The position numbers and the translations under genes are program-made. The notes beneath the pieces are model-generated. The model worked only from the letters and a program-made list of their open reading frames with translations. It was not told where the DNA came from and did not search any database. 28,328 nucleotides of DNA from Candidatus Dormiibacterota bacterium (GTDB lineage: Bacteria; Chloroflexota; Dormibacteria; Dormibacterales; Dormibacteraceae), in the NCBI GenBank assembly GCA_049283435.1, contig JBAPVZ010000818.1:1-28328 (forward strand), in the 5' to 3' direction. The stretch's first letter is position 1. The number at the start of each line of letters is the position of its first letter. Shown here in pieces: positions 16,542 through 25,586 of this stretch.

Positions 16542-17531
16542 TCAGGTACCGGGTTGGTTGCTCCCCGCTGGGTAGATGAAGCCGATCACCGGCACCGAGC
16601 CCGGGGTGATCCGCCGCTGGTCGACGACGCCCTCGCCGAGGTAGTTCATCTCAGAGACGAGCCATGAGCCGTCCGTGTAGACCTGCTCGACGTAGGCGAC
16701 GTGCCCGTACGCCGCGCTCTCCCAGGTCACCATGATGGCGCCCTTGCGCGGCGTGTGGCCGGTCGACCAGCCCGCTGACTGCGCGCTGCCGAACCAGCTC
16801 CAGGCGTCGCCGCGCCAGGGGATCGTCACCCGCGTCGCGACGTAGTACGTGCACTGGCCGAACGGGAAGTTGTTGTAGGGGACGGCGTGGTTCGCGCCCG
16901 GTGCGGCGCCGACCGTCAGCGGCCCCGAGAAGCCGGCGACCCCTGGCGGTAGGTTGGGCGGGGGCGGAACCTCCTGCGGGAGCTGCGGCCCGCGGGCGCC
17001 GGGGATCACGATCGTCGTGCCCGCCGCCAGGTCGGTGCTCTGATTGCGCACGTAGTTGAAGTCGAGGATCGTCTGCGGGTCGACGTTCCAGTAGGCCGCG
17101 AGCGCCGCCAGGTCCTGACCCTTCGCGATCGTCGTCACGATGCCCGGAACCGGTGGCAGGCGCAGCGTCTGCCCCGGCGTGACCTCGGGGTCCTCCGTCA
17201 GCTCGGACGGGTTGGACCAGCGGATCTGGTCCGGGCTCACACTGAACTTCGACGCGATGGTCGCCAGCGTGTCGGTCTGGCCCACTTGATAGGTGAGCGG
17301 CGTGTGGGGGACAGGAACGGCCGTCGGGATCGGTGCCGGCGCGACGATCGCGGCCGACTGGCCGACCTCGAGGCTGCCCACGTTGCCGCCCTGGACGACG
17401 GCGCTCGCATTCGACGCACCTCGATGCAGCTCCAGCAGCATCGAGCCCTTTGCTATTGACGCGTACGAAACGAGCGCGACGGCGATCACGATGATGACGG
17501 CATGCGTGAGCAGTCGTGCGAGTCTTGACAA
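16542..17531 (-). CDS. LysM-LysM-CHAP peptidoglycan hydrolase with an N-terminal membrane anchor or signal
   Basis: Hydrophobic N-terminus; LysM YQVGQTDTLATIASKF...IRWSN plus a second LysM; CHAP motifs GQCTYY, GHVAYVE, SEMN; TTG start. Confidence 0.88.
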   Translation of the reverse strand: MSRLARLLTHAVIIVIAVALVSYASIAKGSMLLELHRGASNASAVVQGGNVGSLEVGQSAAIVAPAPIPTAVPVPHTPLTYQVGQTDTLATIASKFSVSPDQIRWSNPSELTEDPEVTPGQTLRLPPVPGIVTTIAKGQDLAALAAYWNVDPQTILDFNYVRNQSTDLAAGTTIVIPGARGPQLPQEVPPPPNLPPGVAGFSGPLTVGAAPGANHAVPYNNFPFGQCTYYVATRVTIPWRGDAWSWFGSAQSAGWSTGHTPRKGAIMVTWESAAYGHVAYVEQVYTDGSWLVSEMNYLGEGVVDQRRITPGSVPVIGFIYPAGSNQPGT

Positions 17532-17700
17532 AGAACGCTACCCCCCGTTCTCTGTTGGGCGCCCCTCGAGGCACCGACTTGCGTGACCACGGAAGCCTAG
17601 CACATGGCGCTCGACGGACGGCCGGAGCAAGTGCCGGCAAGACTCGAAGTCAGCGGATGGGACAGGATCGCGCCATGCTGAGGGTGGACCCGCCGAACGA

Positions 17701-19017
17701 ATGCTGCGCTCGAACCTCACGCTCCTGCTCCTGCTCCTGCTCGTCCTCGCGGTCGTCGGCCCGACGTCGGCGAACCGGGACGAGAGGTTCTCCGGCGTTG
17801 TCGACGGCAGCCGTTACGCCGTCCAGATCCCGGCCAGCTGGAACGGCACGCTGCTCCTCTTCAGCCACGGCTACACCGGCTGGGGGAATCGGAATCCGGC
17901 CGTGGTGGCGCCCGATCCGGTGACGGCGAGCGCGCTTCTCGATCGCGGCTACGCACTCGCCGGCGCCGCCTACTCGGCGCAGGGCTGGGCGGTGGCCCAG
18001 GCGCTGCCCGAGCAGCTGGCGCTGATCGCCCTCGTCCGGACCCGCTGGCATCCTCGCCGGATCCTGCTCTGGGGGGAGTCGATGGGGGGGCTGATCACGA
18101 CGCTGCTCGCGCAGGATCCGAGCTCACACGCGCTCGGTGCGCTCTCGCTCTGCGGAGTCGTCGGCGGGACGACGCTGCAGTTCGATCGCTGGTTGACCGG
18201 CGCGGTCGCGTTCCAGCAGCTCGTGGCCGGCGCCGATCCGCGGCTGCGGGTCGTCGACATCAGCCAGCCGGGCCCCGAGCTCGACGTGGCGCGCTCTTAT
18301 CTCGCGCAGGCGCAGCGAACGCCGGCCGGCCGAGCCCGCGTCGCGCTCGCCGCCAGTCTCGCCGGCGTGCCCGGCTGGGTTCGCGGCGAACCACCGCTCA
18401 CGCCGAGCGCGGCGGAGCAGGCCCAGGCGACGTGGCTGGATTCTCTCGTCCTGTTCTTCGAGTTCGACGCGCGGGCGGAGCTGGAGCAGCGAGCGGGCGG
18501 CAACGGGTCGTCGATGTCGGGGACCGACGCCACCGCCGTCCTCGCGGACAGCCCGGACTCCGCTGAGGTTCGCGCCCTGTACGAAGCCGCGCACCTGTCC
18601 GTCGGCGCCGACCTCGCGAGGCTCGGCGGCGTCCCCCCGATCGCGGCGGCGCCCGCGGCGGCGCAGTACCTCCAGCGTTACGGGACGCCGCCCGGCCGGC
18701 TTCGCGTTCCTGTGCTCACCGTGCAGACGATCGGGGACGGGCTGATCTCGCCGTCTGACAGTCGCGTGTATGCGCAGCGCGTCGCGGCCGCCGGCGAAGG
18801 ACAGCGGCTGCGCGAGCTCTATGTCGAGCGTGCCGGTCACTGCGCGTTCAGCGCCGGGGAGATCGCGACGTCGATCCAGGCGCTCGATCAGCGCGTCCGC
18901 ACCGACCGCTGGCCGGCACTGACGCCGGCGGTGCTGAACGCGCGCGCGGCGACCGGGGCGACCCTCCGACAGGCGCCGGCCTTCAACGCGTACCAGCCGC
19001 CCCCCTCTGCGTACTGA
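17701..19017 (+). CDS. Secreted alpha/beta-fold serine hydrolase
   Basis: Signal peptide; WNGTLLLFSHGY, nucleophile elbow GESMG, TIGD acid residue, GHC catalytic His. Confidence 0.8.
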   Translation: MLRSNLTLLLLLLLVLAVVGPTSANRDERFSGVVDGSRYAVQIPASWNGTLLLFSHGYTGWGNRNPAVVAPDPVTASALLDRGYALAGAAYSAQGWAVAQALPEQLALIALVRTRWHPRRILLWGESMGGLITTLLAQDPSSHALGALSLCGVVGGTTLQFDRWLTGAVAFQQLVAGADPRLRVVDISQPGPELDVARSYLAQAQRTPAGRARVALAASLAGVPGWVRGEPPLTPSAAEQAQATWLDSLVLFFEFDARAELEQRAGGNGSSMSGTDATAVLADSPDSAEVRALYEAAHLSVGADLARLGGVPPIAAAPAAAQYLQRYGTPPGRLRVPVLTVQTIGDGLISPSDSRVYAQRVAAAGEGQRLRELYVERAGHCAFSAGEIATSIQALDQRVRTDRWPALTPAVLNARAATGATLRQAPAFNAYQPPPSAY

Positions 19018-19209
19018 GCGCGGCCGGTTCGCCAGCGCCCCCTTGCGTAGGATGGTTCGACGCGCCGCGACTCGCGGCGTGCAGCCATCGCGGGCCCGGA
19101 ACACGGGACCCGCAGGCGCCCTGCGAGCGTTACTACAGCAGACGATGAACGAGTACGCGCACGAGAATCGCGAGCCGGCCGAGCTCGGGGCCGATTGGGA
19201 GTGAATCCT

Positions 19210-20346
19210 ATGGGCGACGATCAGCGGCCGCCGGACGGCGACCCGCCGGGCCGAGCGCAGCGGACAGGTGGCGAACCGGAGCGGGCGCCGGGAGACCTGC
19301 CACCCCCCAACCAGGAGCCGGGCCCGAACTACCCGCCGGCCGCCGAGCAGCAGCCATTCCCAGGCGGCGAGGCCGCATCCGCCGGCAGCTTCTCGCCAGG
19401 ACAGCCCGGTGGGCCGCCCGGGCAGCCGGGAGCGTGGAGTCCACCGCCACCGTCCTACGGGACGCCGCCGGGGCCGGAGACGCCGCCGTTCGGGGCCGCG
19501 CCGGGACCACCCTCTGCTCCCCACGGGCAGCAGCCGCCTCCGGCGCCGAACTACGCACCACCGGCAGGCCCCATGGGGCCGCCGCCGGGACTCGGCCAGC
19601 AGCCGCCCTACGGCACGCCGCCGGCCGGCACCGGATACGGGCAGCAGCCGCCCGGGTATTCGCCGGGGCCGCCGGCACCGGGACCCGGGCAGCAGCCGTA
19701 TGGCTACGGGACGCCACCTGGCGGCTACGGGGCACCGCCGGGCAGCGGCGGCCGCAAGACCGGGCTCTGGGTCGGCGTCGGCATCGGGGGTGCGGTGATC
19801 GTCGCTCTGCTCGTCGTCGTCGCAGTCCTCGGCTTCCATGCCCTCACGAGCCAGCGTCAGCAGGCCAACCGCAATGCCCGGGGTAAGGCGCCCTCCGCCT
19901 CCGAGGTCTCCACCAACTTCGTGAAGTTCCAGCTCGCGAAAGGCTGGACCGTCAACGCCGAGAAAGCCGGAGAGGTCGATCTCCAGAGCACCGGCGACGC
20001 CCAGATCTTCGTCGTCTTCGGTCAGCCGAGCAACGGCGTCACGACGCCGGACCAGGCGTTCGAGGCGGTGAAGGCGAGCATCGGCCAGCGTGCGACCTCG
20101 GGCATCACCTCGTGCTCGAGCGAGGCCGGCCTCACCGTCGGTGGAAAGCAGGGCAAGATCACGGGCTTCCGGTACACGCAGGCCAACGGGACGGGCAGCG
20201 GCTCGGTCGAGAACTGCGAGGTCGTCTGGGTCGCCATCGTCGGCGGTAACTATTACGAGTGGGAGGACGTCGCCGCCTCCTCCGAGCAGGGCCAGCTGGA
20301 GGCGGACGGCGGCACGATGCGGCAATCGGTGACCTGGAAGCAGTGA
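19210..20346 (+). CDS. Single-pass membrane protein: Pro/Gly/Gln/Tyr-rich N-terminus, TM, extracytoplasmic two-Cys domain
   Basis: About 180-aa low-complexity region, one long hydrophobic helix, C-domain paralogous to 21533..22465; GGGAG SD before ATG 19210. Confidence 0.8.
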   Translation: MGDDQRPPDGDPPGRAQRTGGEPERAPGDLPPPNQEPGPNYPPAAEQQPFPGGEAASAGSFSPGQPGGPPGQPGAWSPPPPSYGTPPGPETPPFGAAPGPPSAPHGQQPPPAPNYAPPAGPMGPPPGLGQQPPYGTPPAGTGYGQQPPGYSPGPPAPGPGQQPYGYGTPPGGYGAPPGSGGRKTGLWVGVGIGGAVIVALLVVVAVLGFHALTSQRQQANRNARGKAPSASEVSTNFVKFQLAKGWTVNAEKAGEVDLQSTGDAQIFVVFGQPSNGVTTPDQAFEAVKASIGQRATSGITSCSSEAGLTVGGKQGKITGFRYTQANGTGSGSVENCEVVWVAIVGGNYYEWEDVAASSEQGQLEADGGTMRQSVTWKQ

Positions 20347-20364
20347 CGGGCGGAGTCGATCGCC

Positions 20365-21564
20365 GTGGTCTGTGACCACTGCGAGGAGGTCGTCGTCGAC
20401 GGCGTCTTCTGCACTCGCTGCGGGGCGCATCAGGGGACGACCGACGACCTCCACGACCGGCCGTCCCGTCTGCATGCCTATGCGGCGCACCCCGGCGAGC
20501 ACGTCGCGCATCCGAGCCTGATGACGACCCTGTTCCCGCACCTCGGGCAGCACAAGATCCACGAGTTCCGCTGGGCGCTGCTGCTCGGGCTGGCGGGGAT
20601 CTTCGTCCTCTGGGTCACCGGCTTCGTCACCGCGGCGATCCTCGTCTCCGCGTTCCTCATCCCGGTGCTCTACCTGATCTACCTCTACGAGGCCCAGGTC
20701 TATCGGGACGAGCCGGCGGCCGTCGTCGGCTTCACGATCGCTGCCGGGGCCGCGCTCGGCATCGTCGTGACACTGCTCACGAAGCTGCTCGGCCCCTCGC
20801 TCGCGGCGCCGTCCGGGCTCGGCGGCCTCGGCCTGGCGAGCGGCATCGACGTCAGCGCGGTGCTCGGGCTCGGCGTGCTCCTGCCGGTCGTCCAGGAGGT
20901 GCTGAAGCCGCTGCCCGCGCTCTGGCTGCGCGGTCGTGGCTTCCCGGAGACGATGGACGGCCTGACGTTCGGCGTCGCTGCCGGCGTCGGCTTCAGCACC
21001 GCCGAGAGCATCGTCAACTTCTCGTCGTTCATCGGCACCACCAACCTGCAGTCGAATCCGGGCAACTGGATCTTCCCACTGCTGACGATCGCCATCCTCC
21101 AACCCGTGATGCAGGGCGCGTGCAGCGGGATCATCGCCGCCGGCCTGTGGCGACTCTTCGGCGGGCGCGGGGCCTCGCGTGAGATCGCGACGATCGGCCT
21201 CGCGATCCTCGCCCACATCGCGTTCTCGGCGGTCGGCCAGCTGCTGCAGCTCGGTGGCCCCGGCGAGGTGGCGGCGGTCGCCTGGCAGGCGCTGGTCGTG
21301 ATCGTCCTGCTCGTCGGCCTTCGCTACGTGCTGCACCGAGCGCTGCTCGAGGAGGCGTCGGATCTCGGGATGCACGAGGCGGTCTGCGCGAACTGCCATC
21401 GGCACGTGATCGCGGCCGGATTCTGCCCCAACTGCGGACTGGCGCTCGCCGCCGCCCCGGCGCCGATCCGGCAGTACCGCCACGCCGCCGGCGGAGCGGC
21501 AGGGCCGGCCGCCGGCGGAGGGGCAGGAATAGATGGCGAGAATCTGCGCCAACTGCCGGTTTGA
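20365..21564 (+). CDS. PrsW-like intramembrane protein with N- and C-terminal zinc ribbons (degenerate catalytic motifs)
   Basis: CDHC..CTRC and CANC..CPNC ribbons; about 8-9 TMs; QEVLK, DGLTFG, GFSTAES, AHIAFS. Confidence 0.8.
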   Translation: MVCDHCEEVVVDGVFCTRCGAHQGTTDDLHDRPSRLHAYAAHPGEHVAHPSLMTTLFPHLGQHKIHEFRWALLLGLAGIFVLWVTGFVTAAILVSAFLIPVLYLIYLYEAQVYRDEPAAVVGFTIAAGAALGIVVTLLTKLLGPSLAAPSGLGGLGLASGIDVSAVLGLGVLLPVVQEVLKPLPALWLRGRGFPETMDGLTFGVAAGVGFSTAESIVNFSSFIGTTNLQSNPGNWIFPLLTIAILQPVMQGACSGIIAAGLWRLFGGRGASREIATIGLAILAHIAFSAVGQLLQLGGPGEVAAVAWQALVVIVLLVGLRYVLHRALLEEASDLGMHEAVCANCHRHVIAAGFCPNCGLALAAAPAPIRQYRHAAGGAAGPAAGGGAGIDGENLRQLPV

Positions 21565-22465
21565 GAACCCGGACGAGAACGAGTACTGCCAGAGCTGCGG
21601 CACCTCACTGGCGGGCGTCCCGGTGAGCCCTGCCGGCGCGACGGCGCAACCGGCGGCGCCGACCTCGCCGGCGGGCATCGGCGTCCCGCCGCCCGCGTCA
21701 CCGGCCTACGCGCCACCGCCTCCGGCCGGCTACCCGCTGCCGCCGCCTCCGTCGAGCTATCCGCCGCCGCTCCAACCGGCGCGGGCTCCGGCGCCTGACT
21801 ACAGGTCCCCCTATTACGCGGCCTCCGGGCGGGCCCCCCAGGTCGGACGCATGTCGCCGGGCCTCATCGTCGGGGTCGCGCTCGCCGCGCTCGTCGTTGT
21901 CGTCGTCGTCGCGCTGGCCGGCGTCGTCGCCGTTCGCGCGCTGACCGGGCAACCGAGCGGACCGACGCCATCCCCCACGGTCGCCCCGACGACGAGCCCG
22001 AGCGGCGGCTCCTCCTCGACCGTCGACACGAGCACGTTCAGCCTGGCCGCCGGCTCCACGTGGTCTTTGAAGAACCGGCAGGACAACCTCGTCGACCTCC
22101 AGGCCGGCTCCGGCTGGGGGCTGGTCGAGGTCATGAGTCAGCAGCTGGGCCAGCCGGAGACGACGGCGCAGGCGTTCTCCAACGTCGAGTCGTCACTGCA
22201 GAAGAAGTATCCGTCCGTCACGTCCTGCATCGACCAATCGACGATGACGATCGGCGGCATCTCGGGCACCGTCAAGGGCTACCTGTACGACGAGCCGAAT
22301 GCGAGCGGATCGACGGTCCAGGTCTGCGATGCGATCTGGATCGACTCCAAGTCGAACGGCGACATCTACTACTACGAGCAGGTCTCCTCGAACAACGATT
22401 TCAACCCCCGTCTGGAACCTGCCGCCAAGCCGGTGCGCAGCTCCATTCAGTGGAAGCTGCACTAG
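21533..22465 (+). CDS. Zinc-ribbon, Pro-rich, TM, extracytoplasmic two-Cys domain protein
   Basis: CANC..CQSC ribbon; one TM; Ser/Thr/Pro linker; C-domain aligns to 19210..20346; 32-nt overlap with the upstream gene. Confidence 0.82.
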   Translation: MARICANCRFENPDENEYCQSCGTSLAGVPVSPAGATAQPAAPTSPAGIGVPPPASPAYAPPPPAGYPLPPPPSSYPPPLQPARAPAPDYRSPYYAASGRAPQVGRMSPGLIVGVALAALVVVVVVALAGVVAVRALTGQPSGPTPSPTVAPTTSPSGGSSSTVDTSTFSLAAGSTWSLKNRQDNLVDLQAGSGWGLVEVMSQQLGQPETTAQAFSNVESSLQKKYPSVTSCIDQSTMTIGGISGTVKGYLYDEPNASGSTVQVCDAIWIDSKSNGDIYYYEQVSSNNDFNPRLEPAAKPVRSSIQWKLH

Positions 22466-22689
22466 GAACGCGGCATCGGCGCCTTGTTCCCTGCGGTCGC
22501 CGAGGCCGCGACTCGCGCTGCACCACGTGCTGCTCGCGGAGACGGTCGAGGTGGTCGGAGAGGGCTCAACGTTCCCCGGCCCTCACTGCCACCACCTGGT
22601 GCCCGGCCCGCGTTCTGCCCGAGGGGCGGCGTCGCGGTGCGGGCGACCGCGAAGGTCGGCGAGGGACGGACCGGGAGCGTGATCCGCTG

Positions 22690-23082
22690 ATGCAGCCGCG
22701 GCCGACGACGATCTGCCCCCGCTGCGGCGCGCCCAGCTTCGGCGCCTACCCGTTCTGCGGCCGCTGCGGTCAGGACCTGCACGGCGTCGCGCCGACGTCG
22801 CCCGACGTGCCGACCGAGAAGGTGTCGATCGCTCCCGGACGCACCGCGTTGCCGCCTCCCCCCGCGGGGGTACCGCCGGGCTACCGGCCAGGTTCGATTC
22901 CGCCCCCCGCCCGGCGCCCGCCCGCTGCCGCCGGCTACCCGATTGCCGGCCGCCGCGCCGTCGCGGGCCGCGAGCGTCGGCGACTCCTCGCCTGGGGCAT
23001 CGCCGCGGGAGTGGTCGGCGTCCTCGTCTTCGTGCTCGTCGTCGCGACCGCGCTGCTCGCGGCGCGGCTCGCCTCGCCGTGA
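22690..23082 (+). CDS. Small zinc-ribbon, Pro-rich, C-terminally anchored membrane protein (130 aa)
   Basis: 3' part of ORF 22060..23082 from ATG 22690; CPRC..CGRC ribbon; RERRRLL followed by a terminal TM helix. Confidence 0.75.
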   Translation: MQPRPTTICPRCGAPSFGAYPFCGRCGQDLHGVAPTSPDVPTEKVSIAPGRTALPPPPAGVPPGYRPGSIPPPARRPPAAAGYPIAGRRAVAGRERRRLLAWGIAAGVVGVLVFVLVVATALLAARLASP

Positions 23083-23271
23083 TCGTGTGGGCGCTCGGTC
23101 TCGACGTCCCGGCGACCGCGGAGCAGGCCAACCCGCCCGGGCTCCAGTCGCGCACGTCGCCGCGCGGCTGAGGAACGAGGTCGTCATGCCCGGCGACGCG
23201 CTTCGCTGAGCTGCGCGCCAGGCCGGCGGACCGGCACCGTGCGCTGACACGTTCTGGAAACAGTCCGGGCG

Positions 23272-23277
23272 TAGGCT
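23272..23277 (+). promoter_or_regulatory. -10 element (TAGGCT) of a probable leaderless kinase-regulator operon
   Basis: TANNNT 7 nt upstream of GTG 23285; no SD. Confidence 0.6.
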
Positions 23278-23284
23278 TCCGCTC

Positions 23285-24853
23285 GTGCAGCGGCAGGTTC
23301 GCGGGCCGGGCCGTCCGCCAACGTCACCACCGGCCCTTACGGGGCCGCCGTCGCCTCAGCCGGGCGCGCCCTGGCCGGGGCCTCCTCCGGGCGCCAGGGC
23401 GGACACCCAGAGCACGCCCGAGGGCTGGCCGGAGGGTGCGGAGCTTCCCCGGCCGGGTCCTTCGATTGCGCGGGCGATCGCGGATCCGCGGGCCGCACTC
23501 TGGCGGTTCGTCTCGATCGCGTTCCGTGCCCGCACCTACCAGCGTGCCGCCTACCTGCTGCTCGCGTTCCCGCTCGGCTGCGTCTACTTCGCCGCCCTCG
23601 CCGGCGGCATGTTCATCGGCGCGGTCTCGTCGATCGTGCTCGTCGGCCTGCTCGTCGTCCTCGTCGCGCTCGTGCTGGGATGGATCTTCGCCACGGCCGA
23701 CCGCGAGCTCGTCATCCATCTCATCGGGGTCGACGTCCCCCCGATCTCCGTCCTCGACGCCGAGCAGGGGTCCGCGCCGAGGCGCGCGCTGCACTACCTG
23801 CGGCGCCGGAACACGTGGACCGGGATGCTCTACCTGTTCCTGCTCGGCCCCTACGGCGCGGTCGCCTGGACGGTCGGCGGGGTGCTCGTCGTCCTGCCCG
23901 CGGCAGCCCTCGTCCAGGACGTCACCGGTCTCGCCGGAAGCATCGTGCTGCTCAGCCTGTTCTCGGCCGAGCTGCGCCTCATCGCGATCATCCCGCTCGC
24001 GTTCGTCATTCTGCTCGGCCTGCACGCGCTCGACCTGCTCGCGCGCGGCTGGGGCCAGTTCGCGGTCAGCATGCTCGGCGTCAGCCCGGAGGAGCGCCGG
24101 GCGTGGCATGCCGAGCGCCGCGCTCACGACGCGGAGCGGGGGCGGCAGGAGCTGATCCTGAACGTCTCGCACGAGCTGCGCACGCCGATCGCGAGCATCC
24201 AGGGCCACCTCGACACGCTGCTCCTGCCGGGCGCGGTGGCGGCCGACATCGAGGACTGGCGCCCGTACGTGACGACCGCGGCGAGCGAGGCGAAGCGTCT
24301 GGGCCGGCTCGTCGACGAGCTGCTGATGCTCGCACGGGCCGACGCCGATCGCCTGCAGGTCGCGACGGAGCGGGTCGACGTAGCGCCGGTCCTGGAGGGG
24401 GTCGCCGCCGCGCTGCAGCCGATCGCCCGCCGCGAACGTCACGTGACGCTCATCTGCCAACCGATCGAGGGGCAGCTCCTCGTCCTCGCCGACCCCAACC
24501 GCCTGACGCAGGTGATCACGAACCTCGTGCGCAACGCGATCACCCACACGCCCCCCGGCGGCGCGGTCGCGCTGGGGGCGGCGCCGCGCGGCGAGCACCA
24601 CATCGAGCTGACCGTCTCCGACACCGGCGTCGGGCTCGCAGCGGAGGAGCTGGGCCGGATCTTCGAGCGCTTCTACCGCGCCGACTCGGCGCGCTCCCGT
24701 GACCACGGCGGATTCGGGCTCGGGCTCGCGATCGCGAAGGATCTCGTCGAGGCGATGGGCGGGACGATCACCGCCACGTCCGAGGTCGGGATCGGTACGG
24801 TACTCAGAGTCATGCTCCGCAAGGCGGACCCGGCGACCCCGACCGACGCCTGA
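23285..24853 (+). CDS. Sensor histidine kinase (4-TM membrane sensor plus HisKA and HATPase)
   Basis: H-box VSHELRTP, N-box NLVRNA, DTGVG, IFERFYR, GFGLGLAI; N-terminal YLLLAFPLG...DREL...W..YL pattern of the 'putative sensor' domain. Confidence 0.92.
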   Translation: MQRQVRGPGRPPTSPPALTGPPSPQPGAPWPGPPPGARADTQSTPEGWPEGAELPRPGPSIARAIADPRAALWRFVSIAFRARTYQRAAYLLLAFPLGCVYFAALAGGMFIGAVSSIVLVGLLVVLVALVLGWIFATADRELVIHLIGVDVPPISVLDAEQGSAPRRALHYLRRRNTWTGMLYLFLLGPYGAVAWTVGGVLVVLPAAALVQDVTGLAGSIVLLSLFSAELRLIAIIPLAFVILLGLHALDLLARGWGQFAVSMLGVSPEERRAWHAERRAHDAERGRQELILNVSHELRTPIASIQGHLDTLLLPGAVAADIEDWRPYVTTAASEAKRLGRLVDELLMLARADADRLQVATERVDVAPVLEGVAAALQPIARRERHVTLICQPIEGQLLVLADPNRLTQVITNLVRNAITHTPPGGAVALGAAPRGEHHIELTVSDTGVGLAAEELGRIFERFYRADSARSRDHGGFGLGLAIAKDLVEAMGGTITATSEVGIGTVLRVMLRKADPATPTDA

Positions 24854-25542
24854 TGGCGAGGCTGCTGGTCGTCGAGGACGAGGTCGGCCTGTGCAACCTG
24901 CTGTGCACTCACCTCGAGCGGGAGGGCCATGAGGTCGAGCAGGCGTTCGACGGCAACGCGGCGCTGCGGGTGGCGAACCAGTGCGATCCCCAGCTCGTCA
25001 TCCTCGACTGGATGCTCCCCGGCAAGGACGGCATCGACGTCTGCCGGGAGCTGCGACGCACCCGGCTGACGCCGATCATCATGCTGACCGCGCGCGACGA
25101 GGAGTCGGACCGCGTCCTCGGGCTGGAGGCGGGCGCCGACGACTATGTCGTCAAGCCGTTCTCGATCCTCGAGCTGATGGCTCGCGTGCGGGCGATGCTG
25201 CGACGGGTCGCGCTCGACGCCGCCGGCACGCAGGGCGCCGAGGGCAGGGTGGTGACGAGCGGTCCGCTCGTCCTCGAGCCGGCGGTCCATCGCGCCTCGC
25301 TCGACGGACGGCCGCTGGAGCTGACCCGCCGCGAGATGGAGATCCTCCAGCTGCTCGTCGGCTACCCCGGCCGCACCTTCACGCGCGACTATCTGCTGGA
25401 CCAGGTGTGGGGGGCCGACTACGACGGCATGGACCGCGCCGTCGATACGCAGATGGCCCGGTTGCGGCGCAAGCTCGGCGCCTTCGGCGACCGCTTCGAG
25501 GCGGTCTGGGGCGTCGGCTACCGCTACCGGGCCGATCACTGA
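24853..25542 (+). CDS. OmpR/PhoB-family response regulator
   Basis: VVEDE, LDWMLP, MLTAR, GADDYVVKPF, winged helix LTRRE...VWGVGY; TGATG coupling to the kinase. Confidence 0.95.
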   Translation: MARLLVVEDEVGLCNLLCTHLEREGHEVEQAFDGNAALRVANQCDPQLVILDWMLPGKDGIDVCRELRRTRLTPIIMLTARDEESDRVLGLEAGADDYVVKPFSILELMARVRAMLRRVALDAAGTQGAEGRVVTSGPLVLEPAVHRASLDGRPLELTRREMEILQLLVGYPGRTFTRDYLLDQVWGADYDGMDRAVDTQMARLRRKLGAFGDRFEAVWGVGYRYRADH

Positions 25543-25586
25543 TTTCGTAATCGCGCGGGTCCCCTCGTGGGACTCCGCAATCGCGC

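Noticed and set aside
19145..19204. 19-aa uORF (MNEYAHENREPAELGADWE) ending near the start of the Pro-rich gene
   Set aside because: No SD or well-placed -10, and the downstream gene has its own SD
19270..19745. Nucleotide-level repeat array in the Pro/Gly/Gln-rich region
   Set aside because: Recurrent GQQPPY-type peptides are explained by protein low complexity; there is no regular DNA period
18124..21678. 1184-aa minus-strand ORF and other long overlapping ORFs (e.g. 13211..15088, 9143..10675, 4422..5942, 23324..24706)
   Set aside because: Shadow ORFs of high-GC coding sequence: Arg/Gly/Pro-rich, no motifs, and overlapping genes with clear family signatures
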